IMG/VR virus record: IMGVR_UViG_3300028423_001161
Coordinates: 1 to 64,000 of that record
Direction: 5' to 3' (one strand)
From: a virus
DNA length: 64,000 nucleotides
The notes below the pieces were generated by a model that was not told the DNA's origin, made no database searches, and was given only the letters and a program-made list of their open reading frames with translations. Made by a program: the position numbers and the translations under genes. This document shows positions 38,235 through 47,640 of the stretch, in pieces (position 1 is the first letter of the stretch; each line of letters begins with the position of its first letter).

Positions 38235-39251
38235 CTAGGTCTCCAGTTTTTGGTAGATCTCAATCAGCCTGTGTGGTTGCACTGTGTTGCTTTCCACAGT
38301 CTCCAGCTGACTGATCACGATGTGATCCACACTCTCAAAATTGATTTCAGCACCAGATTGATCCTGCTCTTGTTCTTTCACAGGTATCAGCTGAAGCTCT
38401 CTGACTCCGTATTGTTCAGAAAACTTTTCTCTGATAAAGTTGGCTTCTTCATAGGAAATGCCAATGTTTAGTTTAACACGTGCATAGGTATACCGGTCAA
38501 GAAGATTTTGATGATTGTCAATGAGATCACTGAGGTCAAACACCCGATACTTGGGACATTCTGGCCAGTTCACATACTGAGGTTCGCCGTCCCAGTCTAA
38601 GAACATTGCACCTCTGTGGTCATCGTCTACATCAGCATAGTTGTGCGGAAAAGCATTGCCCATGTAGTGAATGTTGTTTTTGTATTGACGTTTGTGAAAA
38701 TGTCCCGAGAACACATACTCTGGTCCATTGAGGTGATCTGCATTGATGCCTCCGTGATCAGGCATTTCTACCAGTGCGTTCATCTTGAAGTGTGGCAACT
38801 CAAAGTGTCCAAACACATATCTTGACTTGGTCTTGACCACCTTGCGCCACTCGTCGCCCACAAGCCACGGCACCAGTGCTACACCGTCCTGTTCGATCAC
38901 TTCGTCCACAAACACAAAGTTTTCCAGGTCTCTGGCAAACTCCACGCTGTTGAGATCTCGCTTGTCTTTGTAGTAGAGATCATGGTTGCCCACAATGAAG
39001 TACACAGTTTCAAATGCTTCATTGAGCTTTTTGAGATTGCGTATGCCTGTGTTCATGGTTGCCACATTTACACTGGCTCTGTGATGATTCCAGTCTCCCA
39101 AGAATATGCAGGTTTCACAGCCACGTGCCTTGCTCTCAGCAATGAACCAGTCCATGAAACGATCGCAATCATCTAGATGCACTTTGCTGTTTTGCTTGAG
39201 ACCCAGATGAATGTCAGTGAAACAGGCAGCTTTTTTGAAAAGTTGACTCAT
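38235..39251 (-). CDS. gp47: recombination endonuclease nuclease subunit (Mre11/SbcD-like)
   Basis: DIH, LGD, GNHD, GHFE and SGHFH metallophosphoesterase motifs. Confidence 0.95.
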   Translation of the reverse strand: MSQLFKKAACFTDIHLGLKQNSKVHLDDCDRFMDWFIAESKARGCETCIFLGDWNHHRASVNVATMNTGIRNLKKLNEAFETVYFIVGNHDLYYKDKRDLNSVEFARDLENFVFVDEVIEQDGVALVPWLVGDEWRKVVKTKSRYVFGHFELPHFKMNALVEMPDHGGINADHLNGPEYVFSGHFHKRQYKNNIHYMGNAFPHNYADVDDDHRGAMFLDWDGEPQYVNWPECPKYRVFDLSDLIDNHQNLLDRYTYARVKLNIGISYEEANFIREKFSEQYGVRELQLIPVKEQEQDQSGAEINFESVDHIVISQLETVESNTVQPHRLIEIYQKLET

Positions 39252-40129
39252 AGGTCGTCGTAGGCTTCTGTGTTGTCAGTGACATCAGATTCCACACTTT
39301 CGCGAACTTTTCTCATTTCGTCTTCGTGCTTGACCTGACGACCCCAGCTGGGCAAATGTCCGCTGTCAATGAGAATATCGTCTCGAATGGTCTGGTTGCG
39401 TTTTTCCAAATTAAGCACCCGAGTAAAACTGTTGTTCACTGCCGCAGTGTAGTAGGCAAACGGATTATCAGACTTGTCCTCGTTGAACTGCAAGCCTACC
39501 TGGCTAAGCTGAACCAATGCAGCACCTCGCATTTCATCCACGTAGGTGTATCCACGCCAGTTTGCTCTGTGGCTGTAGCGCTCTACCAGCTTGAGATACA
39601 TGCTGCCCAGCTTGTTGGTGATTTTGCCGTGGTCAGTGCAGAATTCCCCAGATTCGAGATCGCCCTTCCAGTGACTGCGAGCCACTTCAACCAGTTCATC
39701 ATTGATAAAGGCATACTGCTTGAATGGAGGAAAGTTCACCTTGGCCTTGGTGTCTGCTTCTGTTTTTGGATTCTTCTTGCGTCCAGGCTCTTCAGGTATG
39801 TGTTCATAGGTCATCACACGAAACACCACTTCGTCGTTGCCGATGCTCTTCTGATCTATGGCAAAGTCTTTCTGCTTGGGTTTGTTGCGATAATCCTTTT
39901 TTTCGTGTTTGAGCATGGCCTCTGCATAGGCCTCTGACTGCATTCTGCTGGCGCGACTCTCACGTGCCTGCTTGATGGTGTTGCGATTGATGCGTTTGAC
40001 ATCATGCAAGATAATGTCAAACATGCTGTATCGTGGATCCATGAGCCAACAGAACGTCATCTTGCTTTTGTGAATCTCTTTGAGAATGTCTTTGTTGTTG
40101 AGATAGTTGGTCTTCTTTGGCGCTGTCAT
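39248..40129 (-). CDS. gp55: late-transcription sigma factor
   Basis: YLNNK, NWRGYTY.DEM and F...KS.NPFAYYT....NSF.R....EK; same 55-47-46 order as T4. Confidence 0.85.
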   Translation of the reverse strand: MTAPKKTNYLNNKDILKEIHKSKMTFCWLMDPRYSMFDIILHDVKRINRNTIKQARESRASRMQSEAYAEAMLKHEKKDYRNKPKQKDFAIDQKSIGNDEVVFRVMTYEHIPEEPGRKKNPKTEADTKAKVNFPPFKQYAFINDELVEVARSHWKGDLESGEFCTDHGKITNKLGSMYLKLVERYSHRANWRGYTYVDEMRGAALVQLSQVGLQFNEDKSDNPFAYYTAAVNNSFTRVLNLEKRNQTIRDDILIDSGHLPSWGRQVKHEDEMRKVRESVESDVTDNTEAYDDL

Positions 40130-40176
40130 TGTTGCTCCGTGTGTCAGATGCGGAAATAGTTATAGGATACTTGTAT

Positions 40177-40204
40177 ATACTACAGTAATTTATGAGCATG
40201 TCAA
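40177..40204 (-). promoter_or_regulatory. possible sigma70-type promoter for gp55-47-46
   Basis: TTGACA-N16-TAGTAT upstream of gp55. Confidence 0.55.
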
Positions 40205-40292
40205 CTAGATTGTTGAAAATATTGAAGATTCTGGCCACCATTATATAAGCCGTTATTGTCTGAGATAAATACCTGTAACAACAGGAGAAATC

Positions 40293-41213
40293 ATGCCTAG
40301 ACGAATAATCAATGCAGCTTTGGGTGCAGGTGTAAACAGAATCAATCAGGAAATTGCTGATCGTGTCAGCGGTGTAGACAACCCATTGGTTCGCGGAGGC
40401 ATTCAGAATCTCTTGGACACTGCACTGCCTGGTCTTGGCGGAGGCACACCTGATCTACGTGACAATGCTTTTGATGCACTTATTCAACAGCGAGTTGCAC
40501 AAACCGCAGCAGAGTTCAGCACACAGGTTGCTTCTCCCACGCAAAACACAGCCAGCTCAGAAGAGCTTGCACAGAGCTACGACTGGCGTGCAAGGCTACG
40601 GCCCAAAAAAGGCGGTGAGGACAAGTTTTACTCTAGAGTAGGGGTGAGTGAAGAAATGGGTGGTCAAGCACTGATGGATCCTATCAAGCAGTCGGGCGGT
40701 CTTGTGTGGCAGAACACACCTAACATATTTGTCAGCGGCACTGCAGACTATGACAGTGCTCTCATGCAGGGCATGAACTATCCTATACGAACATTTGTGA
40801 ACAGCACGCCTCCTGACCTACCAGTGCAGGCAGAATTCACTGCCAACGACACCTATGAAGCCAGATACATGTTGGCTGTGTTTGCATTTCTTCGGGGAGC
40901 AACCAAAGCCTACTTTGGAGATGCAGCAGTAGCATCCGGAGACTTTGGCACACCCCCACCGGTGTTGTTGTTTGAGTACATGGGCGATCATGGTTTCAAC
41001 AAAGTGCCCGTGGTGATCTCAAACTACACCATACAGTACCCAGACAATGTGCACTATGTGCCCGTGACAGTGGGTGATACAGTGACCTATGTGCCCACAG
41101 TAAGCCAGATCACAATTGCACTGTTGCCCACGTACACTCCGCACAAACTGCGCAGACGCTTTGACTTGGATGCTGTGCGCAGTGGTGCTGCCTATCGAGA
41201 CGGATTTGTTTGA
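40293..41213 (+). CDS. baseplate/tail-tube-associated protein
   Basis: FLR..TK.YFG, G.PPPVL and FN.VPVVI..Y....PD.V.Y; GATAAATA at 40264-40271; first gene of baseplate operon. Confidence 0.65.
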   Translation: MPRRIINAALGAGVNRINQEIADRVSGVDNPLVRGGIQNLLDTALPGLGGGTPDLRDNAFDALIQQRVAQTAAEFSTQVASPTQNTASSEELAQSYDWRARLRPKKGGEDKFYSRVGVSEEMGGQALMDPIKQSGGLVWQNTPNIFVSGTADYDSALMQGMNYPIRTFVNSTPPDLPVQAEFTANDTYEARYMLAVFAFLRGATKAYFGDAAVASGDFGTPPPVLLFEYMGDHGFNKVPVVISNYTIQYPDNVHYVPVTVGDTVTYVPTVSQITIALLPTYTPHKLRRRFDLDAVRSGAAYRDGFV

Positions 41214-41518
41214 TGTCAAACAGCAACTATAGAAAAGACAGTTTTCTTCGCGGAGCATCAGTGATAGACAATCGTTTCCTGGGCGTTAACAATCTGCCAC
41301 GCATACTGCGCACAGCCGAAGATGAGATCTATGAGATTGACCACAGCTATGATCAAAGGCCGGATCTACTGGCACACAAACTCTATGGCAATAGCCGCCT
41401 TTGGTGGGTGTTTTCTCAGAGAAATCCAGATGTGCTACGAGACCCAATCAGGGATTTTTCAGCAGGCACTCGCATTGTGGTTCCACCACGCAGTGCAGTT
41501 GAAAATGCACTGAAATAA
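41213..41518 (+). CDS. gp53: baseplate wedge LysM-like subunit
   Basis: RPDLLAHKLYGNSRLWWVF..RN motif. Confidence 0.85.
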   Translation: MSNSNYRKDSFLRGASVIDNRFLGVNNLPRILRTAEDEIYEIDHSYDQRPDLLAHKLYGNSRLWWVFSQRNPDVLRDPIRDFSAGTRIVVPPRSAVENALK

Positions 41519-41539
41519 CACAGGTAACACAGACACACT

Positions 41540-44026
41540 ATGATTATAAAGCCCGAAGAGCTACAAGATGATTTTGTCGGCAGAGTATATGGCAACATAC
41601 TAGATCAGTTTGTGAATCCCACTTACAATCTCAAGCTCTACATGCTGAAAGACCCTAATCGTCCAGCGGAAAGTGTGCAAGGCAATACCTCAGATGAACT
41701 GACCAGAGACCCCAGTGACACTGTGGTGTTGGCTCAAACAGGTGTCACAGGCACACAGATAGACAATCTCATCATGAGGCACAAGATCAGTGCTTCGTCG
41801 GGCATCGTGACCACTGAGGTTGACTTTGCTATAACTCAGCCAGGTGCCGCAGATTTCCTTGATCAAATACAGCTGGCTCGAGCATATCTGGGTATACCGC
41901 TCACAACCACTGTGCCGCTGTTTTTGGAAATTGTGTTCAAGGGTTATACAGCAGATACCATTGATGATGAGAGCTCAGATCGCTTCGATGAAGATGCCGG
42001 CGGTGAACCAGTGACCATTGCAGGTCCGTTTCGCTACAAGCTCACACTGAGAAACATCTCAATGAGCATTGACAACACCGGCAGTTTCTATGAACTCAGC
42101 ACCATGATTGAGAACAATCTTGCATTCACAGACAGCAAGTTTAGACTGCCTCAGGACATTACTACCACAGGAAGCACTATTTCTGAGCACGTGGAAAGTC
42201 TCAAAGAAGCACTCAACAAATATCACAGCGAAACAGCCACCAGTGAGATACCAGACGAGTTTGATTTTGATCTCAGCTATTTGGTTTCCGGAGAGACGCC
42301 CAGCGGGGCAGGCACTGCCGAAGACCCCAGACAAAGCAGTCAAAACATCATTGATGATGAGAGCTTGATCACCAGCACAGATTTTGATGCAGACGACATA
42401 AACCGTGTGCTCAATGAAACATTTGAAATTGGCAGTGCTGTTGACAAACGCACAGAGCTACAGCAAAACCCCACAGACGACACAGGCACTGTTACAGAGC
42501 AGGTGTTTGATGTTGACAGACTAGGTCTCACAGAGAAAACCAGCATCTATGATTTCTTCACTGTGTTGCTGAGCATGTGTCCAGAATACTACAGCAAAGT
42601 AACACGCAAAGCAGATATCACAGATCCAGATTCTGAGATCAGCAAAGATCAAGGCACAGTAACTTGGTTCCGCATCAACACTCGTGTAGAAACCATTGGC
42701 TATGACAAGACTCGCAAGGACTTTGCAAGGAGATACATCTATGTGCCCACGCTGTACAAAACAGCTCGCACAGATGTTGCCGTGGATGAAGACGAGCAGG
42801 ATGTCAATGTTGAGGCTACGCGACGGAGACTCAGAGAAGTCATTGACAATGGAATGCTGTGGAAATCCTACAAGTACTTGTTCACTGGCGAAAACGATCA
42901 AATTCTCAACCTAGACATCAGATATGACAATGGCATTGCACTGTTGGCCGCACCCAAAGGCGGTACCACAGGCGACATCAACATCACCAACAGTGCAGTC
43001 ACAGCGCCCACTGTTGACGAGAGTCAGGATGTTACACCACAAGGACAAGAGAGAGATCTCTTTGATCGCGCACTGGATTCCATCAAAAAAGATCTATTTG
43101 CCAGCTTTATTGGCAGCAGTGGCCTGCTGAGACCTGATCTCTTGGACTCCTTGATTGGCAATCTCTCAGACTCCCTGGGACGCAGTGCCGACGAGATCAG
43201 CAATATCTTTGCAGACACCACAGGACAGTTGGCACAACAGTTTGCCAATGAGCTGGACAGTCAAACACTCAATGAGATCACTGCAAACATCAACATCAAC
43301 CCGACTCCTGCTCCGCCCAGTGAACCCACAGAAACAACCAACAACACAGACGGTGAAATCTACACGCCAGAGCTCAGTGGTTTTGCTTACAGTGCTGACA
43401 TCATTGATCCTGCACAATACACTGTGGATTCTGAAACACTGTTGCAGAGAGGCTACATCACCTTTGATGATTTTCAAGAAGCAGTGGAAGTCACACAGGC
43501 CACAAACAAAAGCGAAGACATACCCAATCCCACTGCGGGCGCTACCACTCGATCTTTGGATCCCAGCAACAGACTGTTTGGTTATTTGGTCAGCCAACAT
43601 GCTGCTGATCAATTCCTGGTGTTGCTGAACATGAAGTTGCGTGGCGATCCTTGGTATCTAGGCGGCGACGGCATTGACAGAAGCAACACAGAGAGAATCA
43701 ATTTCAATGCAGATGAGAACACATTTTTTCTCACTGTGAAAGCCCCCATCAAATATGATCCTGATTGGACCGATGAAGACAGTGAGCTCAACAGTGGATT
43801 TTGGAAATATGATGGCATCAGTCGCACCTTCAGCGGATTATACACCATTGTTGGCTACACCACAGAGTTCTCGGGAGGACAATTCAGCATTGATGTAGAA
43901 GCAAGAAGAGAGCGTCTCAAGGTGGTCACAGCACAGGAACCCACTGAACAAGAATCCGATGAACCTTTGGTCACAGAAACCGGTCAGATAATTGGCGATG
44001 ATGGTTTTGTTGCAGGCAGCATATAG
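41540..44026 (+). CDS. probable baseplate hub protein (gp27-like position)
   Basis: Between gp53 and gp5; YLFTGEN.QI, LRGDPWYLG and SGLY.I......FSGGQF. Confidence 0.55.
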   Translation: MIIKPEELQDDFVGRVYGNILDQFVNPTYNLKLYMLKDPNRPAESVQGNTSDELTRDPSDTVVLAQTGVTGTQIDNLIMRHKISASSGIVTTEVDFAITQPGAADFLDQIQLARAYLGIPLTTTVPLFLEIVFKGYTADTIDDESSDRFDEDAGGEPVTIAGPFRYKLTLRNISMSIDNTGSFYELSTMIENNLAFTDSKFRLPQDITTTGSTISEHVESLKEALNKYHSETATSEIPDEFDFDLSYLVSGETPSGAGTAEDPRQSSQNIIDDESLITSTDFDADDINRVLNETFEIGSAVDKRTELQQNPTDDTGTVTEQVFDVDRLGLTEKTSIYDFFTVLLSMCPEYYSKVTRKADITDPDSEISKDQGTVTWFRINTRVETIGYDKTRKDFARRYIYVPTLYKTARTDVAVDEDEQDVNVEATRRRLREVIDNGMLWKSYKYLFTGENDQILNLDIRYDNGIALLAAPKGGTTGDINITNSAVTAPTVDESQDVTPQGQERDLFDRALDSIKKDLFASFIGSSGLLRPDLLDSLIGNLSDSLGRSADEISNIFADTTGQLAQQFANELDSQTLNEITANININPTPAPPSEPTETTNNTDGEIYTPELSGFAYSADIIDPAQYTVDSETLLQRGYITFDDFQEAVEVTQATNKSEDIPNPTAGATTRSLDPSNRLFGYLVSQHAADQFLVLLNMKLRGDPWYLGGDGIDRSNTERINFNADENTFFLTVKAPIKYDPDWTDEDSELNSGFWKYDGISRTFSGLYTIVGYTTEFSGGQFSIDVEARRERLKVVTAQEPTEQESDEPLVTETGQIIGDDGFVAGSI

Positions 44027-44075
44027 ATAGTCTTTTAATATGACAAACACAGGAACTTTCTAATAAGTACACACA

Positions 44076-46718
44076 ATGTCAACATATAACAACAATCGCA
44101 GAAGCAGATCCAACCCGGCACAGAAGCGCCGCATGGAAAACGCACCAAAATTGGGCATCTATGTGGGCAAAGTCACAAGCACCAAAGACCTCAGTCGCAC
44201 AGGACGCATGCAGGTTTTTATTGCAAGTCTAGCCAAAGACCCCACAGGCACAGAAGGTTACTATGATTGTGTGTGGACATCTCCGTTTGCTGGATCTACA
44301 TCACCGTTGGCCATCGGCAATGACGTGGAAAACTTTGAACAGACCATCAAGAGCTATGGCATGTGGATGGTGCCGCCTGACATTGATAATTTGGTGCTTG
44401 TGGCCTTTGGAGACGGACAAGGCAAATATCCTTTTGTGATCAGCTGTTTGTATCCTGATCGCCTCACGCACATGGTGCCTGGCATGCCCTCAGGCAAAAG
44501 CTACAGTGACCCTGACATGCTGATGCCTGTGGCAGAAAAGAACAAACGCGACGAAAAAGCCACACACAATGACGCTACTCGTCCCATACATGCCAACATA
44601 GCAGAGAACATAATTGCACAAGGCTTGATCAATGATCCACTGAGAGGTGCTGGCACCAGCGGTAGTAGAAGAGAGAGCCCCAGCGAAGTGTTTGGTGTGC
44701 TCACTCCTGGTCCCAGAGACCCAGACAACGTGGATCACAGATTGGGCGGGCACCAGTTTGTGATGGATGACAATCTAAGCAGTCGACTTGTGCGCCTGAG
44801 AACAGCAGGCGGCAATCAGCTGTTAATGGATGACACCACTGGTGTGATCTACATGATCAACAAGAAAGGCACAGCATGGTTTGAAATGGGCACCAATGGT
44901 GACATACATGTGTACAGCGAAGGCAGCATAAACATGCGCTCCAAAGGCAACTTCAACCTGCGTGCTGACAAGAATGTGAACATTGAGGCAGGACAGGATC
45001 TACACCTCAAAGCTGTGGGCGACAACATTGGCGATCAGTATTTGGGCATCCCAGCACTGGGCGCACTGGGCATCCCTCCGCTGGGCAACGGTGGCAATCT
45101 CAGACTGGAAGCAGGTGCAGACCTCACACAGTATGCAGGGCTCAACGCGCAGCTCACTGCTTCGGGCGGTGATGTAGATATCAGCGCAGGTAGCAGATTT
45201 GCAGCCACTGCGTCAGGCCCACTGGGCGTAGATCTGTTGGCTGCCACAGGCCCAGTGAAGATGCAAAGCACACTGCCCACAAGTATATTGAGTGGCGCAG
45301 GAGTCAACATAACATCTGCAGCACCCACCAGCGTAACAGCACCATTGGTGTTGCTTAACAGTGGCGGTCCACAAGCATTGCCTGCTGTGCCTGCTGTGCC
45401 TGCGCCACAGATTGGCACACAAAGAAAGAAAGATGCACCCAAAACGCCTCCTGTGTTTGATCGTGAAGCAGCAATCAAAGGTGAGGCCAGTGCACTCACA
45501 GCTGGTGAACGCACAGGTCAGCAGGACAACATAAAAACCATTGTGACCACCATGCCCACTGCTGAGCCCTATGCAGGGCATGCACAATTTGATCCCGTGG
45601 CAGCTACCGAAGGTGAACCTGCTCTCAGCGAACAGAATGTAAACAATTTGCCCGCCAGTGCCACAGATCTGTCAGGCAAGCCAGTGGATGTAAACACGCC
45701 TGAGGGTTTTCAAGCAGGCAAAAATTTTGTAGACGATCTCGGCAACAATGTGCCAGGCTTGAATGACATCGGTGGTGCGGCTGGCGCAGTGGGTGACATT
45801 GCAGGCAATGCTTCAGCACAAGCACAGAATCTACTCAATGCCATACCACAGTTTGATTCCTTGAGCAACATTGCCAACAACTTCAAGAGCGCCGCACAGC
45901 AAAAGCTCTTGGAGATCACAGGACTCAACAATCTTGTTGCTGGCATCAAGGCTGCAATACCTCCTATACGCTTTCCAACCAGCAATGCACTAGCACAAAA
46001 AGTCATTGGCATTGGCAAACAGCTGGGCGAGCTGGAAGCACAACTCAAGCAATTTGCCATAGATGCTGCAGGCTTGCCCATGGATTTACTAGACGATGCC
46101 ATAGGAGGCATGCGCGACAAAATAGGCAGTGTGATTGATCAAGCAAGCAGTTTTGAGGATCTGCAGAACAAACTAGGCGACCTAGGCATCGAAGCTATTC
46201 AAGATGGTGCCAGCACCATATTTCAAGATGAGTTTGGCAACAAACTGGTAGATGTCAGCAACGGCATTGGTCCCATAGGCGAGACACTGGGAGTTGCTTC
46301 AGACTTCAATCAAACCTATGAGAATGTCAAAGGTTCAATCAATGTGCCACTCAGTGAAAACCAGACTCAAGCCATTGCCAGTTTTGCCAATGACATCGGT
46401 GAAGAAAACTTCCAGAACAGCGGTGTGCTACAAGCACTCAACGAAGGCGCATATTCTGAAATACCCAGGCTGATGCAGGGCTGGAGTCTGAGATCTCCTA
46501 GACCAGGAGAAAAGGCAGTATTCAGCGACGACATGAAATCCAGACGCGAATGGGAAGCAGAACTGTTTCAGGTGCCCGACGAGATGAAGGTTGATTACAT
46601 TCAAACTGATATTTCGGGTGGCAGTTTGAGCTTTCGAGAGCAAGCACAGCAGCTATCAGCAGAACGAGAAGAGTTTATTGCTGGCAAACAGGGCAACACT
46701 GCCGGCACACAGGGCTAG
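44076..46718 (+). CDS. gp5: baseplate central spike with OB-fold, beta-helix and degenerate lysozyme-like domain
   Basis: D..RTGR.QV, SYGMW.VPPD, GHQFVMDD and RLRTAGG; C-terminal VPLSENQ..A..SF...IG...RREWEAELF. Confidence 0.85.
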   Translation: MSTYNNNRRSRSNPAQKRRMENAPKLGIYVGKVTSTKDLSRTGRMQVFIASLAKDPTGTEGYYDCVWTSPFAGSTSPLAIGNDVENFEQTIKSYGMWMVPPDIDNLVLVAFGDGQGKYPFVISCLYPDRLTHMVPGMPSGKSYSDPDMLMPVAEKNKRDEKATHNDATRPIHANIAENIIAQGLINDPLRGAGTSGSRRESPSEVFGVLTPGPRDPDNVDHRLGGHQFVMDDNLSSRLVRLRTAGGNQLLMDDTTGVIYMINKKGTAWFEMGTNGDIHVYSEGSINMRSKGNFNLRADKNVNIEAGQDLHLKAVGDNIGDQYLGIPALGALGIPPLGNGGNLRLEAGADLTQYAGLNAQLTASGGDVDISAGSRFAATASGPLGVDLLAATGPVKMQSTLPTSILSGAGVNITSAAPTSVTAPLVLLNSGGPQALPAVPAVPAPQIGTQRKKDAPKTPPVFDREAAIKGEASALTAGERTGQQDNIKTIVTTMPTAEPYAGHAQFDPVAATEGEPALSEQNVNNLPASATDLSGKPVDVNTPEGFQAGKNFVDDLGNNVPGLNDIGGAAGAVGDIAGNASAQAQNLLNAIPQFDSLSNIANNFKSAAQQKLLEITGLNNLVAGIKAAIPPIRFPTSNALAQKVIGIGKQLGELEAQLKQFAIDAAGLPMDLLDDAIGGMRDKIGSVIDQASSFEDLQNKLGDLGIEAIQDGASTIFQDEFGNKLVDVSNGIGPIGETLGVASDFNQTYENVKGSINVPLSENQTQAIASFANDIGEENFQNSGVLQALNEGAYSEIPRLMQGWSLRSPRPGEKAVFSDDMKSRREWEAELFQVPDEMKVDYIQTDISGGSLSFREQAQQLSAEREEFIAGKQGNTAGTQG

Positions 46719-46879
46719 ACAGTGTGTTTGTGCTCTAGTTGTTCCTTGAGTTCTACAATTCTCTGATAGGCTGCATACTTTTCACTGACTTCCTCAGCAA
46801 TCTGTTTTTTCAACAGCTCAACTGTGTGTTCCAGTTGTTTGATGCGAGCTTGATGGTCTGTGTCAGTGAAATAGTGCAT
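46715..46879 (-). CDS. small coiled-coil hypothetical protein (54 aa)
   Basis: MHYFTDTDHQARIKQLEHTVELLKKQIAEEVSEKYAAYQRIVELKEQLEHKHTV; fills the gap after the 83-aa ORF. Confidence 0.55.
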   Translation of the reverse strand: MHYFTDTDHQARIKQLEHTVELLKKQIAEEVSEKYAAYQRIVELKEQLEHKHTV

Positions 46880-46881
46880 GG

Positions 46882-47133
46882 TTATTGTGCGCTGACGATG
46901 TCTTCCATGTCATTGAACTCCTGTGGCGGCTCAGACTTGATGTTGTAGCGAAAGTTGCCACTGAGATTGATAGTGTCAAAGGTGGAGTATCGTTTGGTTT
47001 TGCTGTCATACACACCCATGGTGATGTAGCGATTGCTGGTTTCAAAAATTTTAAAAAAGCGATGGCCTTCGTCTTTGTTGCGACGATCGGCTTTGCCCCA
47101 GATTTCATCAAAACGTCTGATTAAGTTGCGCAT
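46882..47133 (-). CDS. small hypothetical protein (83 aa)
   Basis: ORF with AAGG upstream, antisense to the baseplate operon in an otherwise empty gap. Confidence 0.6.
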   Translation of the reverse strand: MRNLIRRFDEIWGKADRRNKDEGHRFFKIFETSNRYITMGVYDSKTKRYSTFDTINLSGNFRYNIKSEPPQEFNDMEDIVSAQ

Positions 47134-47265
47134 TTGTTATTTTGCCTTATGTGTATAAAAAACTATGACAGAAAATATTTACTAAGTGCGTGATCAAACA
47201 GAGATTTTTTTGGGCAAGTTGCTCACTATTATCTACGCAGTTATCTGCTTAGATAAATAACAATT

Positions 47266-47640
47266 ATGGCATCATTCAAAGGATTTAGCACAGTCGATCA
47301 GGTACGAGCACCTTACACTCTCACTGATGCTGAGCTGGTGAAACGCGACCTGCTCAACGAATTGTACACTCGCAAAGGCGAGCGTGTGATGAGACCCAAC
47401 TTTGGCAGCATTGTGTGGGATCTGCTCATGGATCCTAGCACTGCTCAACTCGACGAAGCAATCAAAGACGACATCAACACCATAGTCAAACGCGATCCCA
47501 GGATCACACTGCTTGACACACGGATTTTGGTGTTGGACCATGCAATCAGAGCAGAAATAGATCTGAGATTTGTGCCCACAGATACCGTAGACACGCTGTA
47601 TCTGGAATACCAACGAGATATCACAGAAGGTACTGACTGA
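47266..47640 (+). CDS. gp25: baseplate wedge subunit
   Basis: FKGFST, TRKGER.M.P.FGS and DPR motifs. Confidence 0.9.
   Translation: MASFKGFSTVDQVRAPYTLTDAELVKRDLLNELYTRKGERVMRPNFGSIVWDLLMDPSTAQLDEAIKDDINTIVKRDPRITLLDTRILVLDHAIRAEIDLRFVPTDTVDTLYLEYQRDITEGTD

Larger units (their letters stand above)
862..47259. promoter_or_regulatory. dispersed T4-type late promoter motif, consensus GATAAATA (range spans first to last copy)
   Basis: Correctly oriented copies: minus 862, 5035, 10032, 18478, 20727, 25214, 31207, 34254; plus 12278, 34224, 40264, 47252. Variants at 2143, 7957, 12227, 36422 and 44062. Confidence 0.8.
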
